DNA from: a virus
Lineage: Duplodnaviria; Caudoviricetes
Reading direction: 5' to 3' (one strand)
Virus record (IMG/VR): IMGVR_UViG_3300037313_001869
Location: 1 to 64,000 of that record
Length of the DNA stretch: 64,000 bases
Under the pieces are notes generated by a model. The model had not been told where the DNA came from and searched no databases. It saw only the letters and a list, made by a program, of their open reading frames with translations. Below are positions 9,400 to 19,206 of this stretch, in pieces (the stretch's first letter is position 1; every line of letters begins with the position of its first letter). The translations under genes were made by a program, and so were the position numbers.

Positions 9400-10203
9400 A
9401 TGCCCGACCTCGTTATCGCTCCGGAGAAGGAAGGAAAGGGCCGTAGCTTTACGGCTTCCCTGCTCTGCTCCATCAAGGCCGATGGCCTTTGGTCTGGAGG
9501 CGGCGCTACGACCGATGCGACGCGCCCGGTCTACTTCATGATCGCGACCGGGGAGGAGCAGATCCGCCCGTTCGTGACGAACCTTCAGATGGGCAAGAAA
9601 GCGATCGTCCCGACCTCGGGTTACGGGCGGCAGAAAGCCTCCTTCACGCTCGAAGTCCTGCGTTCGGCCGGCTACTCCTGGTCGTACCAGAAGACGGCGG
9701 ACGGCACGATCGCGACGGCCTACCTCGCCGATCTCTTCCGTCTCGACCCGGGCATGGTCGACCCGGACGGGATCGCGTTCGTTCTCGCCCCTCCTACGGC
9801 CTGGGTCGAGCGGTATCCTTGGGATACGCGCCCGGCGGTCGATCATGTTCTCAAGCTCGGCACCAAAGCCCAGCCCGAACAGCTCGAAAGGCTCGCCCCC
9901 CTCGCCCCTCTCTTCTGTGCCTACCTCGACAGGCGCACGCGCTGCCCTCTCTTGAAAGACGCTCGCTTCTACCTCCAGCTCATGGTGGCTTGCCTCGAAG
10001 CCGGGATCGCGAGCGTGTCAGAGGTCGAACGCTGGCACCGTCCCGAGGGCGTTGAGTGGATGATGCACTCACGCCTCGGCTACCAAGAGACGGACGTTGA
10101 AAGCGTCGGGCTCGTTCCCGGCCTCGCGTTCAAGTCTTACCACGAATCGTTCGAGCCCGTTCTTGCCGCTCAGGTCGAGCGGTTCCGCAAGGCAGGAGTC
10201 TTA
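9400..10203 (+). CDS. hypothetical protein (267 aa if TTA is a stop)
   Basis: First part of the 1539-aa ORF; in-frame TTA at 10201 lies 3 nt before an SD-preceded ATG. Confidence 0.7.
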
Positions 10204-10206
10204 CCT

Positions 10207-13200
10207 ATGGCAAGGCAAGCGAGCATCGCCGTCGCCGGCTACTACCCCTACCCGAAGCACCTGATCGCTCCGCTCGCCCGGCTCATCGAGCCCCTCGGGG
10301 GCGGGGAGCACTGCGTCTTCGACCCCTGCGCCGGGGACGGGACGGCTGCCCTTATCCTGACCGATGCCCTTTTCGACCTGAAGAACAACTACCCGCGCCC
10401 TCTCTTCTACGCGGCCGAGATGGAGGCCACGCGGGCCGACAGGCTCCAGAAGAACGTTTACGATCACCACCTCGGCGCTCGTGACAACGTGGTCTGCGGC
10501 AACGCCTTCCGGCTCCGTCTTCACCAGCGGGATAAGCAGGGGGCGACCCATCTCTTCCTGAACCCGCCCTACGAGCCGAACCGGGAGTTTGGGCGCATGG
10601 AAGAGAAGTTTCTCGTCCGCTTCGCCCCGGCTCTTCGGTCGGGCGGCGTGCTGATCTTCGTCGTGCCCTTCTACGCTCTTGCCGACTCGGCCGACACGAT
10701 CGGTCGGGAGTTCGAGAACGTGTCGTGCTTCCGCTTTCCGGGCAATGACTTCGCGGCCTTCCGTCAGGTCGTCCTGCTTGCCGTCAAGCGCCCGGGCCTC
10801 ACTGACCCCGACCCTGCGACGGCGGCCAAGGTCCGGGCGTGGTCGGCGGACTCTTCGTCGATTCCTGAGCTGCCCTTCGAGGGCAGCCCCGTTGTCTCCG
10901 TCGAGCCCGCGCCCCTTCACCGGGCGGGGTTCAATCACTTCGACATCGCCCCGATGGACCTCTCGGCCGTCCGGGGTCAGGTCCGGGCGTGGCATCAGAC
11001 GGGCCGGGACGGCCGCTTGGTGCCCGTTCCGGGCATCTTCCCTGAGGAGGGCCCGGCTGACCTCCTGGAGAGGCGCTATCCGCTCGCTGTGCCCCCGAAG
11101 CCGGCTCATATCGCCACCGGGATCGCCGCGGGCGTGTTCAACGGCGCCCGTATCGCCCCCGATGACCCGTCGTCGGGCCTCCCTGACCTGCTCGTCAAGG
11201 GCGTCTTCGATAAGGAATGGCGTAAGAAAGAAGAGAAGATCAACAAGAAAGGCGAGGTTCGGGCCATCGTCGAAGTGCAGGAGCCGAAGCTCCGCGTCAC
11301 TGTACTCAATCTGCGCACCGGTCTCTTCCATACGCTTCGGCCCGGCGTTGAAACGACGGGGGCCGATCAGGTCGCAGACTTCACGACGGCCGATCTCCTG
11401 GGCAACTACGGCAAGGGGCTGATGGACGTGCTTCTCGCTCAGTGCCCCGTTCTTCACGACCCTTCGCGGCCTGAGGATAACTTCCCCCTGCCCGCTTTCG
11501 ACCGGAAGCTCTACGCGATTCAGGAATCGGCCACCCGGGCGGCGGTCAAGCTCCTCGGAGGCGTCTCGGCCTCACGTCAGAGCCGCCGTGGCAAGGCTGC
11601 AATCCTGCTCGGCGAGACCGGGACGGGCAAGAGCACGGCGACCCTGGCCACGGCGAAGACGATCGGCGCCCGGCGTGTGCTTGTCCTCTGCCCCCCTCAC
11701 GTTGTGGCCGAGTGGGTCGGCCACCATGTGCCCGTCGTTCTGCCTGGGGTTCCGGTCATGCGCCTCGCGGACGTGGGGGACGTGCAGCGGTTCGCCGAGG
11801 ACACAACGAGCCCGATGGCCGTTGCCGTCCTCTCGCGGGAAGATGCAAAGCTCGGGCACACCTTCGAGGGTGTCACCACGGGCCGCTGCCCCCGGTGCGA
11901 CGCCCCGACCCCCTTCGAGGCTGACGATCTCGCCAAAAAGAGGGCCTGCTGCGAAGCCGTGACCCACCGCCCCGTCTCGGGGGCGAGCCGGCTCGCCTTC
12001 CGTCTCGCGTGCAAGCTCTACCCTGCTCTGCCCGAGTCGCCGGCCATTCAGCGTCTCTTCTCGGGCCGTCACCTCCGGCGCCGCCTTGCTCAGCTCGCCA
12101 CGGTCGACGGCGGGGAGAAAGCCCGGCCGGCGGCGTGGGCCCGTGTCCAGAACGACGCTGTCTTCGACGAAACGGCCGTCTACCTCTGGAACAAGCTGGT
12201 GGAGAAAGAGGACGCGAACACCGAGTCCCTCCAGCGTGCTCTCGTCCTGCTCTTCCTCGCCAACCCCGAAGCGGGAAGGCTTGCCCGGTTCTGCGTGTGG
12301 GGCTACGCCGATAGCATCCTCCGGAGCGCGAGCCCCTACGGCCCCGGGGCGAGGGCCCGCGAGACCGTGAAGGAGCTTCTCCTTCTTCTGCCCCGGGACC
12401 AGCGGCTCTCTCTCGCTTCGGAGCTTCAGGGTATGGGCGCCCAGGACGCGACCTACTGGCAGGCCACGACGTGGCGTGACTGGGCCCGGATCGAAGAGTC
12501 ACTCTCGACCGATGGCAGGGATGGTCTCGACTCCAAGGGTGAGTGGCGCGGCTGGCGCCGCGTCGGAGAAGAGATTCTGAAAGGCGCCCTCCGCCCCGGT
12601 GACCCGGCGGGCCTCTCGGAGGTGATCGACCGGCTCACGAGGATCGGCGCTTGGCAGAAAAGCGCCCCTTGCGGCGAGCCCCTCTACCAGGCCGTACCCG
12701 AGCCTCGGAAGATGCCCCTCGCCACCTACATCACCCGGCACCACAAGAACCTGTTCGATTTTCTGGTTCTTGACGAGGGGCACGAATACGCCACCGACGG
12801 CTCCGCGCAGGAAAGGGCCGCGCACCGGCTGACCTCGATGGGCGCTCCGACCATGCTTCTCTCGGGCTCCATCATGAATGGCTACGCGCAGAGCCTCTTT
12901 CCGAACCTCTGGGCCCTTCTGCCCTCGTTCCGGGAAGAGTTCGACCGGAGCGACATGCAGCGCTTCATCGACCGGTACGGCTTCCGCAAGCGCCAGGTCG
13001 AAGAGAAGGATCTGAAGACGGGTGAGGTCGTGGCCTTCGGGACCATGAGTGACCGGGTCGAGAAGACGGCGCGGCTCACCGGCAACGCGCCCGGCGTTCT
13101 GCCCCTCCTCGTGCTCAAGTACCTTCTCCGGGGCGCGATCACGATGCACAAGGAAGACCTCGCGATCGACCTGCCCCCGTGCGTCGAAAAGCAGGTTCTC

Positions 13201-14019
13201 ATCCAGCCGTCAGACGAGCAGAGGTCGCGCTTCACGACCCTTCAGACCGCGCTCGTGCGGCAGATCAAGAAAGACATGTGGGACCCTGAGCGGGTGGGCA
13301 AGCTCTGGGGCCAGCTCTCGGAGCTTCCTAGCTACTTCGACCGGGCCTCGAACGACTACGAGATCCGCTACCCCGAGAGCGTAGGCAGCGGCCTCGTGGC
13401 CAGCGTCGGGGGCCTCTCGCCCGACGAGCTTCTGCCGAAAGAGCAGTGGCTCGTCGATCTCCTCCGGAGCGAGCGTGCCGAGGGCCGCAACGTGCTCGTC
13501 TTCTCCTGGCACGTCGAGCTTCTGCCCCGCCTCCAGCGCATCGTCGAGAAGCACGCGGGCGAGAAGGGCCCGGTGCTCGACCCGGGCAAGGTACCCACGG
13601 CCAAGCGGATCGCCTGGATCAACAAGGAAGTGGTCGGCAAGGACCGCCACGTCATGTTTGTGAACCCGGTTGCGATCCAAACGGGCATCAACAATCTTAC
13701 GCACTTCCACACGATCGTCTGGATGGAGAACCCAGCGTGCAATCCGCTGGTTTACAGGCAGGCGAACGGCCGCATCCACCGGATCGGGCAGACGAAAGCC
13801 ACGCGGGTCTTCTCGCCGGTCTACGACAACACCCTGCCCCGGGCGCTCTACCAGCTTCTCCTTCACAAGGTGGGCGTCAGCCTCGCCACCGATGGCCTCG
13901 ATTCCGAGGCGGCCCTCGAAGCCGCGGGCGTGGGCGACAGCAACGTCATGACCGGCTTGTCGGTTGGCAAGCAGCTCTACGATATCTTGACGCGCGAGCC
14001 CCGGCGGCAGGCTGCCTAG
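10207..14019 (+). CDS. SAM-dependent DNA methyltransferase fused to SF2 (SNF2-like) helicase
   Basis: FDPCAGDG, LNPPY; GETGTGKS, LDEGH, LLSGS, QANGRIHRIGQ; AGGAG before MARQASIAVAGYYP. Confidence 0.85.
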   Translation: MARQASIAVAGYYPYPKHLIAPLARLIEPLGGGEHCVFDPCAGDGTAALILTDALFDLKNNYPRPLFYAAEMEATRADRLQKNVYDHHLGARDNVVCGNAFRLRLHQRDKQGATHLFLNPPYEPNREFGRMEEKFLVRFAPALRSGGVLIFVVPFYALADSADTIGREFENVSCFRFPGNDFAAFRQVVLLAVKRPGLTDPDPATAAKVRAWSADSSSIPELPFEGSPVVSVEPAPLHRAGFNHFDIAPMDLSAVRGQVRAWHQTGRDGRLVPVPGIFPEEGPADLLERRYPLAVPPKPAHIATGIAAGVFNGARIAPDDPSSGLPDLLVKGVFDKEWRKKEEKINKKGEVRAIVEVQEPKLRVTVLNLRTGLFHTLRPGVETTGADQVADFTTADLLGNYGKGLMDVLLAQCPVLHDPSRPEDNFPLPAFDRKLYAIQESATRAAVKLLGGVSASRQSRRGKAAILLGETGTGKSTATLATAKTIGARRVLVLCPPHVVAEWVGHHVPVVLPGVPVMRLADVGDVQRFAEDTTSPMAVAVLSREDAKLGHTFEGVTTGRCPRCDAPTPFEADDLAKKRACCEAVTHRPVSGASRLAFRLACKLYPALPESPAIQRLFSGRHLRRRLAQLATVDGGEKARPAAWARVQNDAVFDETAVYLWNKLVEKEDANTESLQRALVLLFLANPEAGRLARFCVWGYADSILRSASPYGPGARARETVKELLLLLPRDQRLSLASELQGMGAQDATYWQATTWRDWARIEESLSTDGRDGLDSKGEWRGWRRVGEEILKGALRPGDPAGLSEVIDRLTRIGAWQKSAPCGEPLYQAVPEPRKMPLATYITRHHKNLFDFLVLDEGHEYATDGSAQERAAHRLTSMGAPTMLLSGSIMNGYAQSLFPNLWALLPSFREEFDRSDMQRFIDRYGFRKRQVEEKDLKTGEVVAFGTMSDRVEKTARLTGNAPGVLPLLVLKYLLRGAITMHKEDLAIDLPPCVEKQVLIQPSDEQRSRFTTLQTALVRQIKKDMWDPERVGKLWGQLSELPSYFDRASNDYEIRYPESVGSGLVASVGGLSPDELLPKEQWLVDLLRSERAEGRNVLVFSWHVELLPRLQRIVEKHAGEKGPVLDPGKVPTAKRIAWINKEVVGKDRHVMFVNPVAIQTGINNLTHFHTIVWMENPACNPLVYRQANGRIHRIGQTKATRVFSPVYDNTLPRALYQLLLHKVGVSLATDGLDSEAALEAAGVGDSNVMTGLSVGKQLYDILTREPRRQAA

Positions 14020-14046
14020 CAAAATCTCGGTGTAAGGGAGTCTTGC

Positions 14047-14472
14047 ATGGACGAGACTCCCTCTCACTTCCTGCTCGCGAGCGCCGTCCAAGCCCTCTTC
14101 AACGAGGCATTCCCCTGGGCTGCGGTCACGACGGCCCGGCGTCAGGACCGGACGCACCTGTCCTTCGTTCTGGCCGGCGTGGGCTCGATCATGTACGTCG
14201 AAACCTCCCCCTCGGCTCTCTCGATCGTTGCTCGGCACGTCGACAAAGAGCCGCCCCACAACAGCGTTGACGCCATGCTCGCCACGCTGCCGAACGAGGG
14301 CGTGCTGAGGAACCTGAGAGCGGCCGTGGCCCCATCGGTCATGGCCATGCTCCTCGTCTACGGAGACAGCGGGATTCTTCGTCCCGATCACGTCATCCCG
14401 TGGCTTGAAAAGCTCGCCGTGCAAGCCAGCGCCCTCGTGAACGAGGGCTCGTCCCGCTTCGATCGCATCTAA
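14047..14472 (+). CDS. hypothetical protein, family A-like, RF tag
   Basis: GGTGTA at 14029; FNEAFPW; ends SRFDRI*. Confidence 0.8.
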   Translation: MDETPSHFLLASAVQALFNEAFPWAAVTTARRQDRTHLSFVLAGVGSIMYVETSPSALSIVARHVDKEPPHNSVDAMLATLPNEGVLRNLRAAVAPSVMAMLLVYGDSGILRPDHVIPWLEKLAVQASALVNEGSSRFDRI

Positions 14473-14489
14473 CCCCCAAGGAGGCCCTC

Positions 14490-15194
14490 ATGTCGTCCTA
14501 CGCCACGTTCAAGACCAGGCCCGAGCAAGTCCTCAACGCACTCCGGGCCCTCGCGCCAGTCATCTACATCCGGACCAAAGACGAGCTGACGATGCTTCAG
14601 ATCCTCGCGGACGCCTTGAAGAAGCACGAACCGTACTTCTTCGACCCTGCGACAGGGCCGCTCTCTGTCGGGGACTACTTCCGGCGCTACCAGTTCAACG
14701 ACCTGAAGAACGGGTTCTACGGTCCGGCGACCCACAGCCCCGACGAGGTCTTCGAGGCGATGGGCCAGCATACCCGCCAAGGGAGGATCGGTTTCGGGAT
14801 CTTCCCCGACGCCGACACCCTGCTCACAAGCTCGGACTTCTGCCGCAAGCTCCGGCACTTCGTCCACCACCGGACCTTCGACCCGCGGACGGTCGGCTGC
14901 ATCGTGCTCATCGGCTCCGACACCGACGCGATCCCCAAGTCGCTCAAGGGGTACATCGAGGTGGCCTACGACCAGGGCCCGAATGACGAGGACAAGAAGG
15001 ACTACGCGCAGAAGATCGCGAAGATGCTCCCGGACTACGGCATGTCCGAAGAGATCGAGGAGGCAGTTACCCACGCCGACTCGCTCCACCAGATCGACCG
15101 TGCCATCTCGCACTGCATCATCACGACGCGCAAGGACGGCGGGACCCCGAAGTTCGACGCCACCATCATCCGGCGCTACCTCGACCGGGACTAG
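14490..15194 (+). CDS. protein resembling the non-catalytic N-terminal region of Ycf46-type AAA proteins
   Basis: AGGAGG SD; LRALAPVIYIRTKDE..FDPATG; no Walker A. Confidence 0.55.
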   Translation: MSSYATFKTRPEQVLNALRALAPVIYIRTKDELTMLQILADALKKHEPYFFDPATGPLSVGDYFRRYQFNDLKNGFYGPATHSPDEVFEAMGQHTRQGRIGFGIFPDADTLLTSSDFCRKLRHFVHHRTFDPRTVGCIVLIGSDTDAIPKSLKGYIEVAYDQGPNDEDKKDYAQKIAKMLPDYGMSEEIEEAVTHADSLHQIDRAISHCIITTRKDGGTPKFDATIIRRYLDRD

Positions 15195-15197
15195 GCC

Positions 15198-15704
15198 ATG
15201 ATCTGCTACCGCGTTTCGACCTCGCAGCACGCCAACCTTCGGGCCACGTTCGATGTCTTCTGGTGGGATCAGGTGCCGGGCCGTACGCCGGCACCTGTTC
15301 ACCTCGCGAGCCATGACACCCGCGTTCAGGCACTCGAAGACGTGGGCCGCAGGACCGAGCGGGAGATCGGAACCAACGCCAACCTCTACCGGTCGCTCTG
15401 GGCCATCGGCCAGATGGTGGGCCCGGAGCTAGATCGGGCTGCGCCCTTCTACGAGTCGCAGAGGCTCCAGGCGTCCGCGGTCCTTCGGATGCGGATTCAG
15501 CAGATCCTCTGCGATGCGAGGGGAGAGCCTCTCGACATCTTCCGCACCATCGCCGACACCCTCATCGCCGACGCCGCTCGCGACCACCACCGGACCTTCA
15601 AGCCTGAGAATCGGTCAGGGCTCGTCGGCATCCTGGCGTTCTTCGCGAGCGGCCTCGGGTGGAAGCCGCCCCCGAACCGCTTCGAGCACGAAGAGGTCCT
15701 ATGA
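15198..15704 (+). CDS. hypothetical protein, RF tag
   Basis: ends PPNRFEHEEVL*. Confidence 0.8.
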   Translation: MICYRVSTSQHANLRATFDVFWWDQVPGRTPAPVHLASHDTRVQALEDVGRRTEREIGTNANLYRSLWAIGQMVGPELDRAAPFYESQRLQASAVLRMRIQQILCDARGEPLDIFRTIADTLIADAARDHHRTFKPENRSGLVGILAFFASGLGWKPPPNRFEHEEVL

Positions 15705-16210
15705 GTTTGTGGAGGGACTTCAACCTCATGGAGGACGGCCTGCCCACGGCGGCGGTCCCCTACTACCTCGTTGAAGGGGAAGGGCCGTTCTGGTCCTGGC
15801 TCGACGGGGCCCCGTACCAGATCAGGATGAGCGAACAGGGGCGTATCATCGTTCCCTTGACCCGCTGGCCTTCCGAGGGCGCCTTCAACCATGACTTCGG
15901 CGAGCTGGTCTTGACGATCGCCAGGTCGCAAGCGCCGATCGTCACCCTGTACGCAGATGAGCTAGACAGGTACCCTTCGCCCGGGCTCGACGCCTCGGCC
16001 ATCCCGACGCTCCCCGAGGGGTATCGGGTCTTCATCGTGAAGAGGCCCGTGGGCCCGGCCGGAGTGCTCCCTTACTGGGGGTCGCGGCCCTTCACCGACG
16101 AAACCGGGGTGTGCTTGCATCCCGGCTGGCAGTTTCGCTTGGCCCGGCTCGTCGGGAGGTTCCGTTCGCTTCCGTCTCGGTTCGACAAACTCGAAGAGGA
16201 CGTGCTCTGA
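15701..16210 (+). CDS. hypothetical protein, RF tag
   Basis: ATGA overlap; ends PSRFDKLEEDVL*. Confidence 0.8.
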   Translation: MSLWRDFNLMEDGLPTAAVPYYLVEGEGPFWSWLDGAPYQIRMSEQGRIIVPLTRWPSEGAFNHDFGELVLTIARSQAPIVTLYADELDRYPSPGLDASAIPTLPEGYRVFIVKRPVGPAGVLPYWGSRPFTDETGVCLHPGWQFRLARLVGRFRSLPSRFDKLEEDVL

Positions 16211-16446
16211 TGGCCACCAAGACGAGCCGCGACTGCCGGATCGTTCGGGACTACGAGAACCCCTACCCGCGCTACTACATCGAGCGCTTCTACACCTCGG
16301 AGGGCCGTTGGCTCACCGAGATCGGGCCGTACGTGACGCTCGGAGAGGCGAGGGCCTACGCGAAGCTCCACTACGCGGCGGGCACGGCCGTTCCCTTCTA
16401 CGACCCGAAGCCCCCGACACGGTTCGATCGCAACGAGGTGATCTGA
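16210..16446 (+). CDS. family C small protein, RF tag
   Basis: RIVRD..YYIE..W..IGPY; ends TRFDRNEVI*. Confidence 0.85.
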   Translation: MATKTSRDCRIVRDYENPYPRYYIERFYTSEGRWLTEIGPYVTLGEARAYAKLHYAAGTAVPFYDPKPPTRFDRNEVI

Positions 16447-16691
16447 TGCCTGGCCTGAGAGATGGCACGCGCCGCGTCGTAAAAGATCGGTCCCAATGGG
16501 GCGATGAGGTCTATTTCGTCCAGAGCTTCCACGCCCGCGAAGGGGTGTGGAAGGATTACCTGGGGCCGTTTCTCTCCGAAGAGTCGGCCAACGAGGCGGC
16601 TGCTTGTGCTGCGGCGCACTGGACCCCTCCGAAGAGGAAGGAGCCTCTGCCGGAGCCCAAGAACCGGTTCAACCATGACGAGGTGATCTGA
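16446..16691 (+). CDS. family C small protein, RF tag
   Basis: RVVKD..YFVQ..WKDYLGPF; ends NRFNHDEVI*. Confidence 0.85.
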   Translation: MPGLRDGTRRVVKDRSQWGDEVYFVQSFHAREGVWKDYLGPFLSEESANEAAACAAAHWTPPKRKEPLPEPKNRFNHDEVI

Positions 16692-16954
16692 TGCCTGAGC
16701 CAAGAAACGGTGAACGTCGCATCATCAGGGGCGAGTCGGCCTGGGGTGGAGAGGGGCCCGGCTACTACATCAAGCAGTACAATGCTCAGAAGCAGCGTTG
16801 GGAGGCGTACCTCGGGCCGTTCTCTTCTCGCGAGTCCGCAGCCGAAGTGGCCGCCAGCGCTCCGGTCGGGTGGCTTCCCCAGGGGCCCAAGAAGGCACAC
16901 CCGGAGCTGCCCAAACCTCGGAAGAACCGCTTCAACCACGACGACGTGATCTGA
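16691..16954 (+). CDS. family C small protein, RF tag
   Basis: RIIRG..YYIK..WEAYLGPF; ends NRFNHDDVI*. Confidence 0.85.
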   Translation: MPEPRNGERRIIRGESAWGGEGPGYYIKQYNAQKQRWEAYLGPFSSRESAAEVAASAPVGWLPQGPKKAHPELPKPRKNRFNHDDVI

Positions 16955-17190
16955 TGTCCGAAGGGCCTTACTACCGGTACTTCTTGATCAGCGTGCCCTG
17001 GTACGACGGCGGGCCCATCATCCATCGGGTTATCGACATCTCGAACCCTGACCGGCTGCTTTCCATCGTGGCCGAGTCCTGGTCCCAAGAAGAGGCCGAA
17101 GCCCTCTACGACCGGGTCTTGCGAGGCGAGAAGGTCGAATACGAGCAGCCCGGGCCCTACGACAGGTTCCGGAGAGAGGAGATCCTGTGA
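16954..17190 (+). CDS. small hypothetical protein, RF tag
   Basis: TGATG coupling; ends DRFRREEIL*. Confidence 0.8.
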   Translation: MSEGPYYRYFLISVPWYDGGPIIHRVIDISNPDRLLSIVAESWSQEEAEALYDRVLRGEKVEYEQPGPYDRFRREEIL

Positions 17191-17585
17191 CCCATCGCAT
17201 TTGTCGCCGAGACGACGGCTGGCACGTTGTTCGGTCCGACGGGGTCTCGCTGCTCGGGGCTGCGGACGTGGAGAAGGCGTGGCGGTTCGTCGCAAGCCTC
17301 TGTGACGAGGTCGAGTCGATCGCGTGCTTGCTCCGGAGGTGCAAGAGGGTCGACCTCGACCCCGGAGACCTCTTGCGCGTAACCTACGCGATCCGCGACT
17401 ACCTGAACGATCAAGGCAAGATGACGAGGGCGATGGTCGAGGGGCTCACGGCCGAGCTGGCGAAGAAGGCTACGCCCCCTCTCGATGACGAAGAGAGCTT
17501 CTCGCTCCTCTTGCTCGTCGGGGCCCTCTGCAAGGCTTGGTGCCCGGTCGAGTACAAGGGACCGACCCGGTTTCACCGGGTCTGA
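17187..17585 (+). CDS. hypothetical protein, RF tag
   Basis: GTGA overlap; ends PTRFHRV*. Confidence 0.8.
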   Translation: MTHRICRRDDGWHVVRSDGVSLLGAADVEKAWRFVASLCDEVESIACLLRRCKRVDLDPGDLLRVTYAIRDYLNDQGKMTRAMVEGLTAELAKKATPPLDDEESFSLLLLVGALCKAWCPVEYKGPTRFHRV

Positions 17586-17590
17586 TTTCG

Positions 17591-17619
17591 GGAAAAAGCC
17601 CAGGTCCCCGATCGTCTAG
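17591..17619 (+). promoter_or_regulatory. GGAAAA-N16-CGTCTAG promoter-like element
   Basis: Intergenic, 8 nt before ATG 17628. Confidence 0.7.
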
Positions 17620-17627
17620 GCCGGGCC

Positions 17628-17969
17628 ATGCAAGACTTCAAGGAAGGCGACCGGGCCGTTTCGGTCTCGCGCGACAGCGAGTTCCTCAAGGAGGGTGGGC
17701 GCATCGTGGGCGCGACTTTCCGGGTCAAGGTCTATGAGGTCCGCCGCTCGCCTAAGGGTAACCTGCGCTGGTACCTGGTCGATCGGGTGGGCCAGGGACG
17801 GTTGGTCACCTGCAAGGGGGCGAGGGACGCCAAGCCCGACAAGCTCGCCCTTGCCATGGGGAGAAACCACGCTCTGCGCCTCGGCGTGCCCTTCGTGCTG
17901 TCGATCGCGCACAACGTCAGCATCCGTCCTGATCGCTTCGCCCGGACCCTTGACGCCGATCTGGTGTAG
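17628..17969 (+). CDS. hypothetical protein, RF tag
   Basis: ends PDRFARTLDADLV*. Confidence 0.8.
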   Translation: MQDFKEGDRAVSVSRDSEFLKEGGRIVGATFRVKVYEVRRSPKGNLRWYLVDRVGQGRLVTCKGARDAKPDKLALAMGRNHALRLGVPFVLSIAHNVSIRPDRFARTLDADLV

Positions 17970-17978
17970 TGGCCCAGC

Positions 17979-18140
17979 ATGGAAGCCAAGGCCGAGCTGA
18001 ACGGACGCATCTTTCTTCTGCACGACCTGGGTGACGGCCGCGTCGCGGTCGAGGTCCTCGTCGAAGCGTTCCCGGACGGTGGCCGCACCGTCCGCTACCT
18101 GACCGAACTACGCATCAAAGACACGGGAAAATCCAAATGA
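17979..18140 (+). CDS. small hypothetical protein (53 aa)
   Basis: Not in ORF track; GGTGTA at 17963, MEAKAELNGRIFLLHD..., ATGA overlap with next gene. Confidence 0.7.
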   Translation: MEAKAELNGRIFLLHDLGDGRVAVEVLVEAFPDGGRTVRYLTELRIKDTGKSK

Positions 18141-18949
18141 CTACCGACATCACCGCTCTGATCGAGTCGTTGCCTTCCGAGTACGGCGACGACCGCGATG
18201 TCAAGCCGGAGAACGACCGCGACATGAAGCCCGCGAACGGTCGCGAGGTGTTCCGGGCGGCCTACCTGGCCGAGAGGGCGGCGACCGAGGCGGTATCGGC
18301 GTTTCGTAAGCCAGAACACCCCCTTCAGGTCGCTCTCGTCGAGGAAGTGACCGAGGCGATGCGGGCGAAGCTCGGGAAGAAGAGCCGGGGCAAGCCCGAC
18401 ATCGACAAGGCCAAGAAGGTCCTTGATGAGGCGGCCTACCAGGAGATCGTTGACCGGCACTCCAAGCCCGCGACCGAGGCGTACCAGGCCGCGGTTGCGC
18501 ACATGGAGGCGTGCCGGGAAGCCCTCTACAAGCTCGCCCCCGAGGCCGAGGTCAAGATCGAAGAGGGGGCCTGGAAGCTCCTCGATTCCCGCTGGGCCTC
18601 GACCTACCGCACGACGAACTCGGGCGAGCAATACGCCCAGTGCTCGGCGGAGTTCGTGGCCGACAGGTGCCGGGCGTTCAACGTGCCCGTCGAGGTCCGG
18701 AGGGTCGAGAGGGAGCGCGACCGGTGGCACGAGCGGCACGACGACTTCGAGATTTACGCGGCCGTGGCCGAGGATCTCGACATCGTGATCCTGAAGCACA
18801 AGAGCGACGGGATGACCTTGCGTGAGTGGGTGAAGCGCTGCTGGGCCCGTGGCTGCCAGCCCAGGGTCTTCCATCCGTTCCTCGACCCGGATTTCGAGGC
18901 CAAGAACGGCCTCGATTACTTCGGCGGCGAGAAGAAGGTGCCAGCATGA
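18137..18949 (+). CDS. hypothetical protein
   Basis: 270 aa, GC3 bias, coupled on both sides. Confidence 0.85.
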   Translation: MTTDITALIESLPSEYGDDRDVKPENDRDMKPANGREVFRAAYLAERAATEAVSAFRKPEHPLQVALVEEVTEAMRAKLGKKSRGKPDIDKAKKVLDEAAYQEIVDRHSKPATEAYQAAVAHMEACREALYKLAPEAEVKIEEGAWKLLDSRWASTYRTTNSGEQYAQCSAEFVADRCRAFNVPVEVRRVERERDRWHERHDDFEIYAAVAEDLDIVILKHKSDGMTLREWVKRCWARGCQPRVFHPFLDPDFEAKNGLDYFGGEKKVPA

Positions 18950-19206
18950 GGGTCAACCCCACAACGAAGCTCTTCGAGGACATCTCTCCCGAAGAGCGGG
19001 TCGAGCTGATGAAGTTCGCCACGGTGATCGTGCAGGAGAACCGGGTTCCCGCCCCGCTTCCGGCGTGGGTCGACGCCTGGGTCAACATAGCGCAACCCGG
19101 CGTCCCATGCCGGCTCCACGAGCTTCCCGCCTTCGGGCTTCGGCTCGTCATGTCGAGCCTCGTGCAGAAGGTGATGTACTCGCTTCTGATGGAGTCGGCG
19201 AAGTGA
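18946..19206 (+). CDS. hypothetical protein
   Basis: ATGA overlap; MRVNPTTKLFED. Confidence 0.75.
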   Translation: MRVNPTTKLFEDISPEERVELMKFATVIVQENRVPAPLPAWVDAWVNIAQPGVPCRLHELPAFGLRLVMSSLVQKVMYSLLMESAK

